A stretch of 48,767 bases of DNA from contig JACRBF010000016.1 in assembly GCA_016213175.1 (NCBI GenBank), positions 1 to 48,767 on the forward strand. The letters run 5' to 3'. This DNA comes from Chlamydiia bacterium (GTDB taxonomy: Bacteria; Chlamydiota; Chlamydiia; Chlamydiales; SM23-39). Shown here piece by piece: positions 1 to 7,388 of this stretch (within the stretch, counting starts at the first letter, position 1; every line of letters begins with the position of its first letter). The notes below the pieces were generated by a model that was not told the origin of the DNA, did not search any database, and was given only the letters and a program-made list of their open reading frames with translations. The position numbers and the translations under genes were made by a program.

Positions 1-94
1 ACACAACGGATCAACGACAACTTTCAAATTATTCAGTTGAATCCAATCCAATTAGGTTGAATGAATTTTGGGTGCACCTCAAGTGGAAGCACTA

Positions 95-262
95 TATACC
101 CGTTCCACCTCAAAAGCGCCCAAAGCAAATCGATTCAAATCTTCTCAAATCGAATAAAACAGCGCGGTTAATATTAAGTCAATATTGACCGCGCTTTTTT
201 ATTCGATTTTAGAGAGATTTCAATGCGATTTTCTCGGGTGCCTTTGAGGTGGAACGGGTATA
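95..262. mobile_element. Family A palindromic MITE-like element, full copy A1 (168 bp)
   Basis: Termini TATACCCGTTCCACCTCAAA...TTTGAGGTGGAACGGGTATA are inverted repeats and the arms pair over about 80 nt. The centre AATAAAACAGCGCGGT-N19-ACCGCGCTTTTTTATT is a GC stem with an A-run before and a T-run after. Near-identical copies at 1000-1146, 2854-3021 and 20042-20160. Confidence 0.9.
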
Positions 263-993
263 GAAGACTGATTCAACCGAAATGTTTTCGGCGTCATAGG
301 GAAAGGCTTGGTCTTGTGGCCCCAGTAACTTTTATCCTCTCCCTCATAGCAGACTAGAAGCTGTTCTCCTGGGTGAATCGTTTTTTTAGCCACATAGATG
401 AGCTCAAAGGGAGCCGGTTCGAGTCCTGATAAGTTGGCGGGAATATGGATGAAGCAGGCTTCAATATTGGGTGTTTCCGAATGGTTAATAAAGCGGGTGA
501 AATTTCCCCTTTTAAGAGCGTCTAGGTCGAGTGCGTAGAGACGGCGCGGGTGATAACGACGGGTGGAATCCCACTTGCTCTGTTCTTCTTTTGTCAGGCG
601 CAGGTCTGAAATAAGGGCAAAAGTGTAATCAGAATCGTTCTCCATATTCTGGGGGCATAAAAGCACTTTTCCCGAGTAGGGGGCAATCGGCGTTCCCTTT
701 AGGATAGGTTTAGCTTCGGGGTGGAGGAAAATCCCGTATCCGAGCTTGCCTTTGAGTTTTTTCATCAGCAGGTAGTTTGGTAGGCCTTTTTCTTGGATTT
801 CCTTGAGAATAGAGGGCAACCCCGTCACAATTTTTTTGCTTGCCCGCGGGATATGAATCTTGTTCTTCTTAATCTGTTCCAAACAAAAAATAAACAAATC
901 TTTGCTAATTTCCTGTCTTTGTAATCTGAATTTCATAATTAAATTATAAGATAGGCGCATAGTGGTCCATTGTTTTTTTTGCATGCAATGCAC
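220..993 (-). CDS. SET-domain protein (putative lysine methyltransferase, chlamydial NUE/cpnSET-like)
   Basis: Translation contains RGNFTRFINHSETPNIEA and QLLVCYEGEDKSYW, the NHS-x-x-PN and post-SET-like signatures of SET domains. The last 13 codons (IPVPPQRHPRKSH) and the TGA stop lie inside repeat A1. The start is uncertain (ATG at 993 or an internal Met). Confidence 0.8.
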   Translation of the reverse strand: MHCMQKKQWTTMRLSYNLIMKFRLQRQEISKDLFIFCLEQIKKNKIHIPRASKKIVTGLPSILKEIQEKGLPNYLLMKKLKGKLGYGIFLHPEAKPILKGTPIAPYSGKVLLCPQNMENDSDYTFALISDLRLTKEEQSKWDSTRRYHPRRLYALDLDALKRGNFTRFINHSETPNIEACFIHIPANLSGLEPAPFELIYVAKKTIHPGEQLLVCYEGEDKSYWGHKTKPFPMTPKTFRLNQSSIPVPPQRHPRKSH

Positions 994-999
994 ATCGTA

Positions 1000-1146
1000 T
1001 ATACCCGTTCCATCTCAAAAGTGCCCAAAGCAAATCGATTCAAATCCTCTCAAATCGAATAAAGCAGCGAGGTTAATATTAAGTCAATATTGACCTCGAC
1101 TTTTTTATTCGATTTTCTTGGGTGCCTTTGAGGTGGAACGGGTATA
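1000..1146. mobile_element. Family A element, copy A2 (147 bp, internal deletion in one arm)
   Basis: Same termini as A1. It lacks about 21 bp between two TCGATTTT direct repeats in the right arm. The core stem is CGAGGT/ACCTCG instead of CGCGGT/ACCGCG, a double compensatory change. Confidence 0.9.
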
Positions 1147-1217
1147 GAGAGCATCCTCTTTTCCCAAGAAAAAATTTCTTGCTCTTCCTCTTCTTGCTCA
1201 GCGATACTGCAAATCCT

Positions 1218-1634
1218 ATGCATGAAGATATTCGTTGGCATCAGCGATTTGACAACTTCGTAAAAGCGTTTCAGCGATTGCATGAAGCGCTGCGCGGTAC
1301 TGCGCAAGAGCCTCATAATCATCTATATCAAATCGCATTAATTGGCGCGTTTCAGTTTACTTTTGAGCTTTCTTGGAAAACGATGAAAGATTATTTGGTC
1401 TATAATGGCGTCGATGTCAGCTTGCCGCGCGATGTCATCAAGCAGGCATTTCATCATCAGTTAATCCAAGACGGCCAGGCTTGGATCGAGATGTTAGAAG
1501 ATCGTAATTTGATGGCGCATGTGTACCAAGAACAGGCGGCGCTTGCTGCTGGGAAGAGCATTCGCGAGCGTTATGCCCCTGCAATTGAGCAATTGCACAA
1601 TGACTTACTCAGAAGACGTAGACGTAAAAAATAA
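1218..1634 (+). CDS. HEPN-domain protein, HI0074-type nucleotidyltransferase substrate-binding family (putative toxin)
   Basis: DIRWHQRFDNFVKAF..FTFELSWKTMKDYL..EDRNLMAHVY carries an R-x4-H HEPN motif (RNLMAH). ATG 1218 was chosen because the 32 upstream codons of the tracked ORF (1122-) are read through repeat A2. The TAA stop overlaps the ATG of the next gene by 1 nt. Confidence 0.8.
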   Translation: MHEDIRWHQRFDNFVKAFQRLHEALRGTAQEPHNHLYQIALIGAFQFTFELSWKTMKDYLVYNGVDVSLPRDVIKQAFHHQLIQDGQAWIEMLEDRNLMAHVYQEQAALAAGKSIRERYAPAIEQLHNDLLRRRRRKK

Positions 1635-1951
1635 TGTTTGGCTTGCCTGAACAGGTCCTAAAATTGCTTCAACGCTACTTTGCGGCCCATCCTCAAATTG
1701 TTAAGGTTGTGGTTTACGGTTCGCGGGCTATGGGACGAGAAACTGCAGGTTCAGATGTAGATTTAGCCATTATTACGAAGGGCGATCGTGATATCTCAGG
1801 GCGCATACAGGCAGATTTGGAAGAATTACCGACTCCCTACCTCTTTGATGTTATTGACTATGAACGGGTCGTCAATCCGTCATTACGCGAACATATCGAT
1901 CGAGTGGGAATAGTGCTGTACTGTATATCCGTTCCACCTCAAAGCCCTTGA
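1634..1951 (+). CDS. Minimal nucleotidyltransferase (MNT, HI0073-like; putative antitoxin)
   Basis: VVVYGSRAMGRETAGSDVDLAI matches the G-S-x(n)-D-x-D polymerase-beta-fold nucleotidyltransferase motif. It is small (105 aa) and translationally coupled to the HEPN gene. The C-terminal ISVPPQSP and the stop are encoded by a family A fragment. Confidence 0.8.
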   Translation: MFGLPEQVLKLLQRYFAAHPQIVKVVVYGSRAMGRETAGSDVDLAIITKGDRDISGRIQADLEELPTPYLFDVIDYERVVNPSLREHIDRVGIVLYCISVPPQSP

Positions 1952-1962
1952 AATTTCAATCT
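1924..1962. repeat. Family A fragment A3 (one terminus, degenerate)
   Basis: TATATCCGTTCCACCTCAAAGCCCTTGAAATTTCAATC aligns to the A terminus plus the ATTGAAATC segment. It supplies the MNT stop codon at the same element position as the SET stop. Confidence 0.7.
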
Positions 1963-2050
1963 TGGCGCCCAAAATTTGAACCAGCAAAGCGGCGCCGAAG
2001 CAGCCCAACTTGCACAAATTGGGTGATGCAGGCAGGTTCATAGTCTGGGA

Positions 2051-2650
2051 TCAGCTGCCGATAATCGCTGTACGAGCTTTCTCTAACGCTTTATAAGCCT
2101 TCTCAGAGACTGGAGATCCCTCATTTTTGTCTGGGTGCATTTTAAGTGCAGTCTTCCGATATGCCCTCCCTACCTCGTCTTTTGAGGCTCCCTTCTCCAA
2201 TCCAAAAAACGAGTAAGGATCTCCATTTTTTGCTTGAGGATGGGTTTTTCTGATGAAGGCAAGAGTTTCGTGATCGACCTCGTGTAAGGAGGATGTAAGA
2301 GCGTTGTTGGCTTCCTGAGGCATTTCGGTTTTTTGTCTTCTGTTTTTAGACTTAGCTTTTTCTGAGGCCGGAACTTTTTCCCGTTTTTTAGAGCCTGGGA
2401 TTTGGGAATATTGGGCTTGAAAAAAACGATTGAGGAGGATGGCGACTCGCTCATGAGCGTCGTGGTTAGATGCTTTGAATTTAATATATTGATTATCAGT
2501 AGAGTAAGTTCTTTTTCTTGTAAACGCATCTGAACGATTAGCAAGTCCTTGGACTAGACGAGCCAGGCATTGTAAATCTGTATGATTTGAGCCGACCATC
2601 TGTAATGGGATGGTTCCAATGTGATGACTTATGATATAAAACGGGATCAT
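2051..2650 (-). CDS. J-domain (DnaJ-like) protein with C-terminal J domain
   Basis: The C-terminus DPYSFFGLEKGASKDEVGRAYRKTALKMHPDKN carries the HPD motif. The N-terminal two thirds are basic and of low complexity, with no recognisable domain. ATG 2650 was chosen because a near-consensus promoter lies inside the longer tracked ORF. Confidence 0.7.
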   Translation of the reverse strand: MIPFYIISHHIGTIPLQMVGSNHTDLQCLARLVQGLANRSDAFTRKRTYSTDNQYIKFKASNHDAHERVAILLNRFFQAQYSQIPGSKKREKVPASEKAKSKNRRQKTEMPQEANNALTSSLHEVDHETLAFIRKTHPQAKNGDPYSFFGLEKGASKDEVGRAYRKTALKMHPDKNEGSPVSEKAYKALEKARTAIIGS

Positions 2651-2684
2651 TGAGCACCTAATTAGTGTTTTTGTATTAATTAAT

Positions 2685-2713
2685 ATTATATAAAAAAACA
2701 TATTATTTGACAA
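2685..2713 (-). promoter_or_regulatory. Putative sigma70-type promoter of the J-domain gene
   Basis: On the minus strand: TTGTCA (2713-2708), a 17-nt spacer, then TATAAT (2690-2685), in an AT-rich tract about 35 nt upstream of ATG 2650. Confidence 0.5.
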
Positions 2714-2746
2714 TATGTTTGTAATTTGTATTTTATCCCAATATTA

Positions 2747-3071
2747 GAGACTGTTAACGGATTTGGTTTCTGTCGATTTTCGGGACCTTTTGAGCCGATT
2801 TTCGATTCAAAATTGGGGGGCAATATCCACATCCTAAAGTGGTCCCTTTTGTCTATACCCGTTCCACCTCAAAGGCACCCAAAGCAAATCGATTCAAATC
2901 CTCTCAAATCGAATAAAAAATCGAGGTTAATATTAAGTCAATATTGACCGCGCTTTTTTACTCGATTTGAGAGAGATTTCAATTCGATTTTCTTGGGTGC
3001 CTTTGAGATGGAACGGGTATAGACCAAAAATCCTCCGAAAAGCGACGAAATCCATATCCGTTAACAATCTC
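2747..3071. mobile_element. Family B-like element (copy B4) disrupted by nested family A copy
   Basis: Outer inverted repeats are GAGACTGTTAACGGATTTGGTTTCTGTCGATTTTCGGGA (left) and TCCGAAAAGCGACGAAATCCATATCCGTTAACAATCTC (right). The left arm continues as the B-family arm TTTTGAGCCGATTTTCGATTCAAAATTGGGGGGCAATAT. Element A4 occupies the centre. Confidence 0.75.
2854..3021. mobile_element. Family A element, full copy A4 (168 bp), nested in B4
   Basis: TATACCCGTTCCACCTCAAAGGCACCCAAAGC...GGGTGCCTTTGAGATGGAACGGGTATA. The core stem CGAGGT/ACCGCG has one mismatch and is intermediate between A1 and A2. Confidence 0.9.
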
Positions 3072-3091
3072 TTAGGAACTTAGACATCCTC

Positions 3092-3604
3092 TTATTGGGG
3101 AGGCGGGACGTCAAAGGAGGTGATGATTCCTGCAATCATTCGATAAAAGCCTGCGAGGGTGACAAGTTCGAGCAGGCCTTTAATGGAGATGTGTTTGATT
3201 AATTGGTCTTGCAAGGTGGGGGCGATATTTTTGAGTTTCAAGGCGTAATCTACTCCGAGAGCGAGAGTGTGATAGGGTTCTGGAAGAGGAGCATTGGATT
3301 GGATCTTGGTTATGATCTCTTGCTTGAGCTGTGCTTTGCAAGCAGGTTGTAGGTGGCTTATCCATTCATAACGCACATTAAGCCTGTGAGCGGAAAAGAG
3401 GATGATAAACTCTCGTAGAGGAGCTTCTAGAGTAGATTCGAAGCGCAGATAGGTACCTAAGTCGGAGATGTGCTTTGTCAATTGAGGGTGATTAAGGAGC
3501 GTTCGGTACATCCCGTTGATAGCGCCTCTCTGTCGACAGAGTTTCTCATAGAGGGCTAAGTCATCTCCTTGGAGCGAGGAAGTGGGATCAGGTAATCTGC
3601 TCAT
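3092..3604 (-). CDS. Carboxymuconolactone decarboxylase (AhpD-like) family protein
   Basis: 170 aa. The pattern LYEKL..RGAINGMYRTLLNHPQL...REFIILFSAHRLNVRYEW is typical of the CMD/AhpD-like fold family. Confidence 0.65.
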   Translation of the reverse strand: MSRLPDPTSSLQGDDLALYEKLCRQRGAINGMYRTLLNHPQLTKHISDLGTYLRFESTLEAPLREFIILFSAHRLNVRYEWISHLQPACKAQLKQEIITKIQSNAPLPEPYHTLALGVDYALKLKNIAPTLQDQLIKHISIKGLLELVTLAGFYRMIAGIITSFDVPPPQ

Positions 3605-3625
3605 GAGACCTCTGGTATTAAGGAA

Positions 3626-5314
3626 CTAATCGTGGTAGTTCCCTGTTTTTTGCGCGTCGCTAAAAGGCTCTATCGGGGTGGAAAAATCTTTTCCGCACTG
3701 CACATCCACAAGATAGGTCGTGTTGGAGGCAAACGCTCTTGTAAATGCTTCTCCTAACATAGAGGGATCTTTGACGCGTTCTCCTTGGGCTCCCAGGGCT
3801 CTGGCAAGGGCTGCCCAATCGTGATTAGGAATTTCTGTTAATTGCATGGCAGCGATACTCTCTTTTTTCGCGCGCAAATAGACATTGCCGAGTGCTTGAT
3901 TATTGATCACAACGTAGACGATCGGGATCTTGTATTTAGCGGCGGTTTGGATCTCCATCCCTTGCATGAGCATGCATCCATCGCCAGTGACTACGCAGCA
4001 GGGCTTTGTCGGCTGGGCTAATTTGGCGCCGATTCCTGCGGCAATGGCCCATCCCATGGGTCCTAGGTTCGTAGCCGATAGGTACTCTCCAGGGTGATAG
4101 GCTGCCCAATAGTGGCCGCAAAAGGCTCTGTGGGCGCCGCTGTCAACGACAAGCACGGTATCCCGGGGGGCTATTTTCCTTAGATCATGAACTACGCGCG
4201 CGGGGTGGATAGGTGCTTTGTTGGAGGTTTGGTTCAGCGCGTCGTAGAAGCGGGGTTTTTGTTTAATTTGTTGTAGCCAGGCGCGCCTTGCGGGGTTTGG
4301 CTGGATCTTTTTTGTGGCGATATAGTTGATAAATGTTGCGCAATCTCCTTGTACGAGGTGGGTACGTGGATGGGATGGATTACAAGCGTCCAGGTCGATA
4401 TCAACTTGGATAAATCGTTTTGAAGGGGAGAGTTTGCGTGTCCAATCCATGGAATCTCGTTGGTTGAGACTAGAGCCTAGGACAATCAACACATCAAGAT
4501 GTTCGTGAAGGAGCGCCTGTGTTGCATGGGCCGTGCCGGCATAGCCGAAAACGCCGAGGGAAAGGGGGTGGTCTTCTGGAAAAACGCCTTTTGTACGCAG
4601 GGTGGTTGCAACAGGAATGTCGAGTGTCTGGCTTAAGTGGAGGAGCGCTTGGGCTCCTTGAGGCGTATTGATCCCGTCGCCTGCCAAAATGACGAGCTGG
4701 GTCTCTCGAAAATCTTCAATACAGAGGTCGGCGGAATTTGCGTCTAAGGCCGTGCTTTCATAGTAGGCTTTATCCAAGGGGCTTAGAGAGATCTCTGCAA
4801 GATCTGTTTCTTGGATATCTTGGGGAAGGCAAATATGCACGGGGGATTTTGGGGGAGTCAGCATTGTCCGCAATGCCTTCTGAAAGTGGTGGTGAAAGAG
4901 GAGCGGATTTTCGATGATGGCAGAAAATTTCGTGGCAGGTTTTAGGAGGTCGAAATCATCCAGGCTGATGAGACTTGCATCTTGAAACATGCCGAGTCCT
5001 TCCATGGCCGTGGACACTTCGCCGGTGAGCAGGAGTAGGGGAGATAGATCGCTTTTAGCGGCTAAGAGGGCGGTTGCTGTATTCGTAGCGCCCGGTCCTC
5101 CGATACACAGGCAAACGCCAAATTTACGGCTCGCCCGCGCATACCCATCTGCCATGTAAGCGGCGCCGCCCTCTTGGGCTGCAACGATGGGGCGTACTCC
5201 TGTGAGAGGGTCAAATACTGTTAAGAAGGGATCGATCAGGCCGCCTGGAATGAGGAAGATATGATCAATGGATTCTTGCTTGAGGATTTCACGGATGATT
5301 TCTTTGATCTTCAT
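3626..5314 (-). CDS. Thiamine-diphosphate-dependent enzyme, acetolactate synthase-like
   Basis: AAQEGGAAYMADGYARAS, GGPGATN and GDGCMLMQGMEIQTAAKY (ThDP-binding GDG-x24-NN type motif ending VVINNQ). The MKIKEII start at 5314 overlaps the upstream gene's TGA by 1 nt. Confidence 0.85.
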   Translation of the reverse strand: MKIKEIIREILKQESIDHIFLIPGGLIDPFLTVFDPLTGVRPIVAAQEGGAAYMADGYARASRKFGVCLCIGGPGATNTATALLAAKSDLSPLLLLTGEVSTAMEGLGMFQDASLISLDDFDLLKPATKFSAIIENPLLFHHHFQKALRTMLTPPKSPVHICLPQDIQETDLAEISLSPLDKAYYESTALDANSADLCIEDFRETQLVILAGDGINTPQGAQALLHLSQTLDIPVATTLRTKGVFPEDHPLSLGVFGYAGTAHATQALLHEHLDVLIVLGSSLNQRDSMDWTRKLSPSKRFIQVDIDLDACNPSHPRTHLVQGDCATFINYIATKKIQPNPARRAWLQQIKQKPRFYDALNQTSNKAPIHPARVVHDLRKIAPRDTVLVVDSGAHRAFCGHYWAAYHPGEYLSATNLGPMGWAIAAGIGAKLAQPTKPCCVVTGDGCMLMQGMEIQTAAKYKIPIVYVVINNQALGNVYLRAKKESIAAMQLTEIPNHDWAALARALGAQGERVKDPSMLGEAFTRAFASNTTYLVDVQCGKDFSTPIEPFSDAQKTGNYHD

Positions 5315-7113
5315 CACTTGTGTATACCGAACGTGGTGCAATAATCGGATTTGGTCTGGTGTGAAAGTGCTCTAGGTTCAACGACCGTAAGTTGCCCAAT
5401 ATTAGAAATATGGGGGCAACTTACGGTCGTTGAACCTAGAGGCTTTGACACAGCCGAAATCCCAATTCTTGAACCACGTTCGGTATATATTCGTTTTCCG
5501 TTGAGCCAGGTTTCGAGAACGCGGATTGCGTGAATAAGGTGGGGTTTTGTGGTTTTGGGATTGTGATCGAGGATCACGAAATCGGCATATTTTCCCACTT
5601 CGATGCTGCCTAACTCTTTTTCGCGAAATGATTGCCAGGCCGGATAGATTGTAAAAGCTTTGATGGCGTCATCGATGGTGATGGTTTCTTCTCCATTGAG
5701 AGTTCCCCCTCCTTCCATCTCCCTAGTAACGGCAATTTCCATGAGGAGGAGGGGATTCGGCGGGGAAAGGGGGGCGTCGTCATTGAAGCTAAATTTCATC
5801 CCAAGTGATTTGGCCGTTCTGGCGGAATCGATCGAATTGGCCCGCTTGTTCCCAAGAATTTGATCTCTCATGACCTGCCCATAGTAATAAACATGGGGAT
5901 TGGTGAAGGAGGGAGTGGCGGACACTAGAGCCATTTTTTGCAACAGCGCATGGTCGGCAATAGTGGCGTGTTCAACACGAAAACGGGGATCTTTAGCAGG
6001 TTTTTTATCGAGCGCTGTTTCATAGGCAGTCAGCGCATAGGCAATAGCCTGATCGCCATTGGCATGAATGGCTATTTGGAGGTTTTTGCGATGTGCTTGG
6101 AGTACGAGAGCATTGAGGGCGTCTTGGGTATAATTGAGTGTTCCACAGGTATTTTTTCCCCTGTATCTTTTTTTCAAAGCAGCGGTGTACCCCTGCAGAG
6201 ATCCGTCTGCCCAAATTTTTATGCCGAGAATGACAAAGTTGGGGGTGTTCTTGCGTTTCAGTTTCCCGATTCTTTCGAGAAGAGGAGAGATAACGTAGCC
6301 TTGAAGACGGATGGGCGCGTCTGGGCTCATGGCGAGCGCTTGTAGCGTCTGAATGTGTTCTACGGGGGTTGGGAAGGGGAGCCCCAACGCAAGATCAGTG
6401 ACAGTCGTAAAGCCCTTTTCTGCATAGTGAAAAGCGCTTGTTTTCGCTATTTGCGCGTAATCAAAGGCGAGGGTTTTAAAAGCTGCCATCAAAGCTGCAA
6501 TTGCGGGAAGTTCATAGGCTTTGCCGTTGAGCAGTCCCTGTTGCGTCCGGCCGAAGGATCCCCCCTGCAAGGGGCCGATTTTGTCCGTGATTCCGGCGAG
6601 ATCGAAGGCTTTGCGGTTTCCATAGGCGATATGTCCTGACTGGCTAATGACGAGAATCGGAACGGTGTCAGAAACAGCGTTTAGTTGCGTAAATCCGAGA
6701 TCCCCAGGTTCTGTCATCAAAGAGGGGTCGTAGCCGAAGGCGATGACAGGCCCCTTCTGGGCTGCTTCTTGAAGCGCCTCAAGAATAGAATCGATTGTTT
6801 TGTATTGCAAAGCGCTGACGTTCGTAAGCTTTTCCACAAGTCCCTGGAAAAGAAGGTGTGTGTGGGGTTCGATGAATCCGGGAAGAAGGGTGTTCCCTTG
6901 GAGATTGATGAGTTTTGTTGTAGTCTCTTGAAACTCCTGCGCCTCGCTGAAAGGGCCCACGAAGACGATTTTTCCTTGGTATACGGCTACCGCCTCTGCA
7001 GTAGGCTGCTCGTCATTGACAGTGAGAATAGGGCCGCCGAAAAAGATCTGGTCTGCCTGTTTTTCTGCAGCAAAGCAAGAGAGCGCGCAGAGCAGTGTAC
7101 ATAGCGTCTTCAT
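5314..7113 (-). CDS. Amidohydrolase-3 family metal-dependent hydrolase (YtcJ-like), secreted
   Basis: N-terminal signal peptide MKTLCTLLCALSCFAAEK. Metal ligand motifs EPHTHL, IHANGDQAI, RVEHATI and FNDDAPLSP are present. The last ~55 codons (from [11 protein letters not shown]...) run through repeat C1. Confidence 0.85.
   Translation of the reverse strand: MKTLCTLLCALSCFAAEKQADQIFFGGPILTVNDEQPTAEAVAVYQGKIVFVGPFSEAQEFQETTTKLINLQGNTLLPGFIEPHTHLLFQGLVEKLTNVSALQYKTIDSILEALQEAAQKGPVIAFGYDPSLMTEPGDLGFTQLNAVSDTVPILVISQSGHIAYGNRKAFDLAGITDKIGPLQGGSFGRTQQGLLNGKAYELPAIAALMAAFKTLAFDYAQIAKTSAFHYAEKGFTTVTDLALGLPFPTPVEHIQTLQALAMSPDAPIRLQGYVISPLLERIGKLKRKNTPNFVILGIKIWADGSLQGYTAALKKRYRGKNTCGTLNYTQDALNALVLQAHRKNLQIAIHANGDQAIAYALTAYETALDKKPAKDPRFRVEHATIADHALLQKMALVSATPSFTNPHVYYYGQVMRDQILGNKRANSIDSARTAKSLGMKFSFNDDAPLSPPNPLLLMEIAVTREMEGGGTLNGEETITIDDAIKAFTIYPAWQSFREKELGSIEVGKYADFVILDHNPKTTKPHLIHAIRVLETWLNGKRIYTERGSRIGISAVSKPLGSTTVSCPHISNIGQLTVVEPRALSHQTKSDYCTTFGIHK
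5323..5487. mobile_element. Family C palindromic element, long form C1 (165 bp)
   Basis: Termini are TATACCGAACGTGG...CCACGTTCGGTATA. The outer arms match C2 at 12157-12235. The inner perfect palindrome is CTCTAGGTTCAACGACCGTAAGTTGCCC...GGCAACTTACGGTCGTTGAACCTAGAG. Confidence 0.9.
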
Positions 7114-7166
7114 AATTCACGTATAGACAGGAAAGCTTTTTTTTGTGTAAAAAAAATTGGGTGTCT

Positions 7167-7376
7167 GTGCAAAAGCTGAGAATCTTATTTCAAAATAATA
7201 GAGAGTGGGTCGCTAATAAAACCGAAAAGGACACTAGATATTTTCGGAAGATGGCTGAGGCGCAAGATCCTCTGTATCTGTGGATTGGATGCTCTGATAG
7301 CAGGGTGCCGGCGAATGAGATCGTAGGTCTTGAACCGGGCGAGCTATTTGTTCATAGAAATGTGGCTAATTTCATC
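7167..7376 (+). pseudogene. Beta-carbonic anhydrase, N-terminal fragment only
   Basis: [38 protein letters not shown] closely resembles the E. coli Can/CynT N-terminus (as recalled). Similarity stops after about 70 codons where a hairpin cluster begins, and about two thirds of the gene is missing. Confidence 0.75.
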
Positions 7377-7388
7377 CCGAGGCGGGAA

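Noticed and set aside
1-94. Left-edge sequence as another complete repeat copy
   Set aside because: Only a degenerate A-like terminus (about 66-96) is recognisable. The rest is cut by the window edge and too diverged to assign.
1122-1217. N-terminal 32 codons of the tracked HEPN ORF (MPLRWNGYREHP...)
   Set aside because: These codons are read through the right arm of repeat A2. HI0074-type similarity starts at MHEDIRW (1218).
1050-1322. ORFs lying mostly within repeats (1050-1322, 2726-2947, 20116-20316, 29905-30225, 29954-30190, 5351-5533)
   Set aside because: They share element-derived strings (IPVPPQRHP.., SNKK.RLILSQY, FEPIFD..), occur on both strands of palindromes, and have no independent coding signal.
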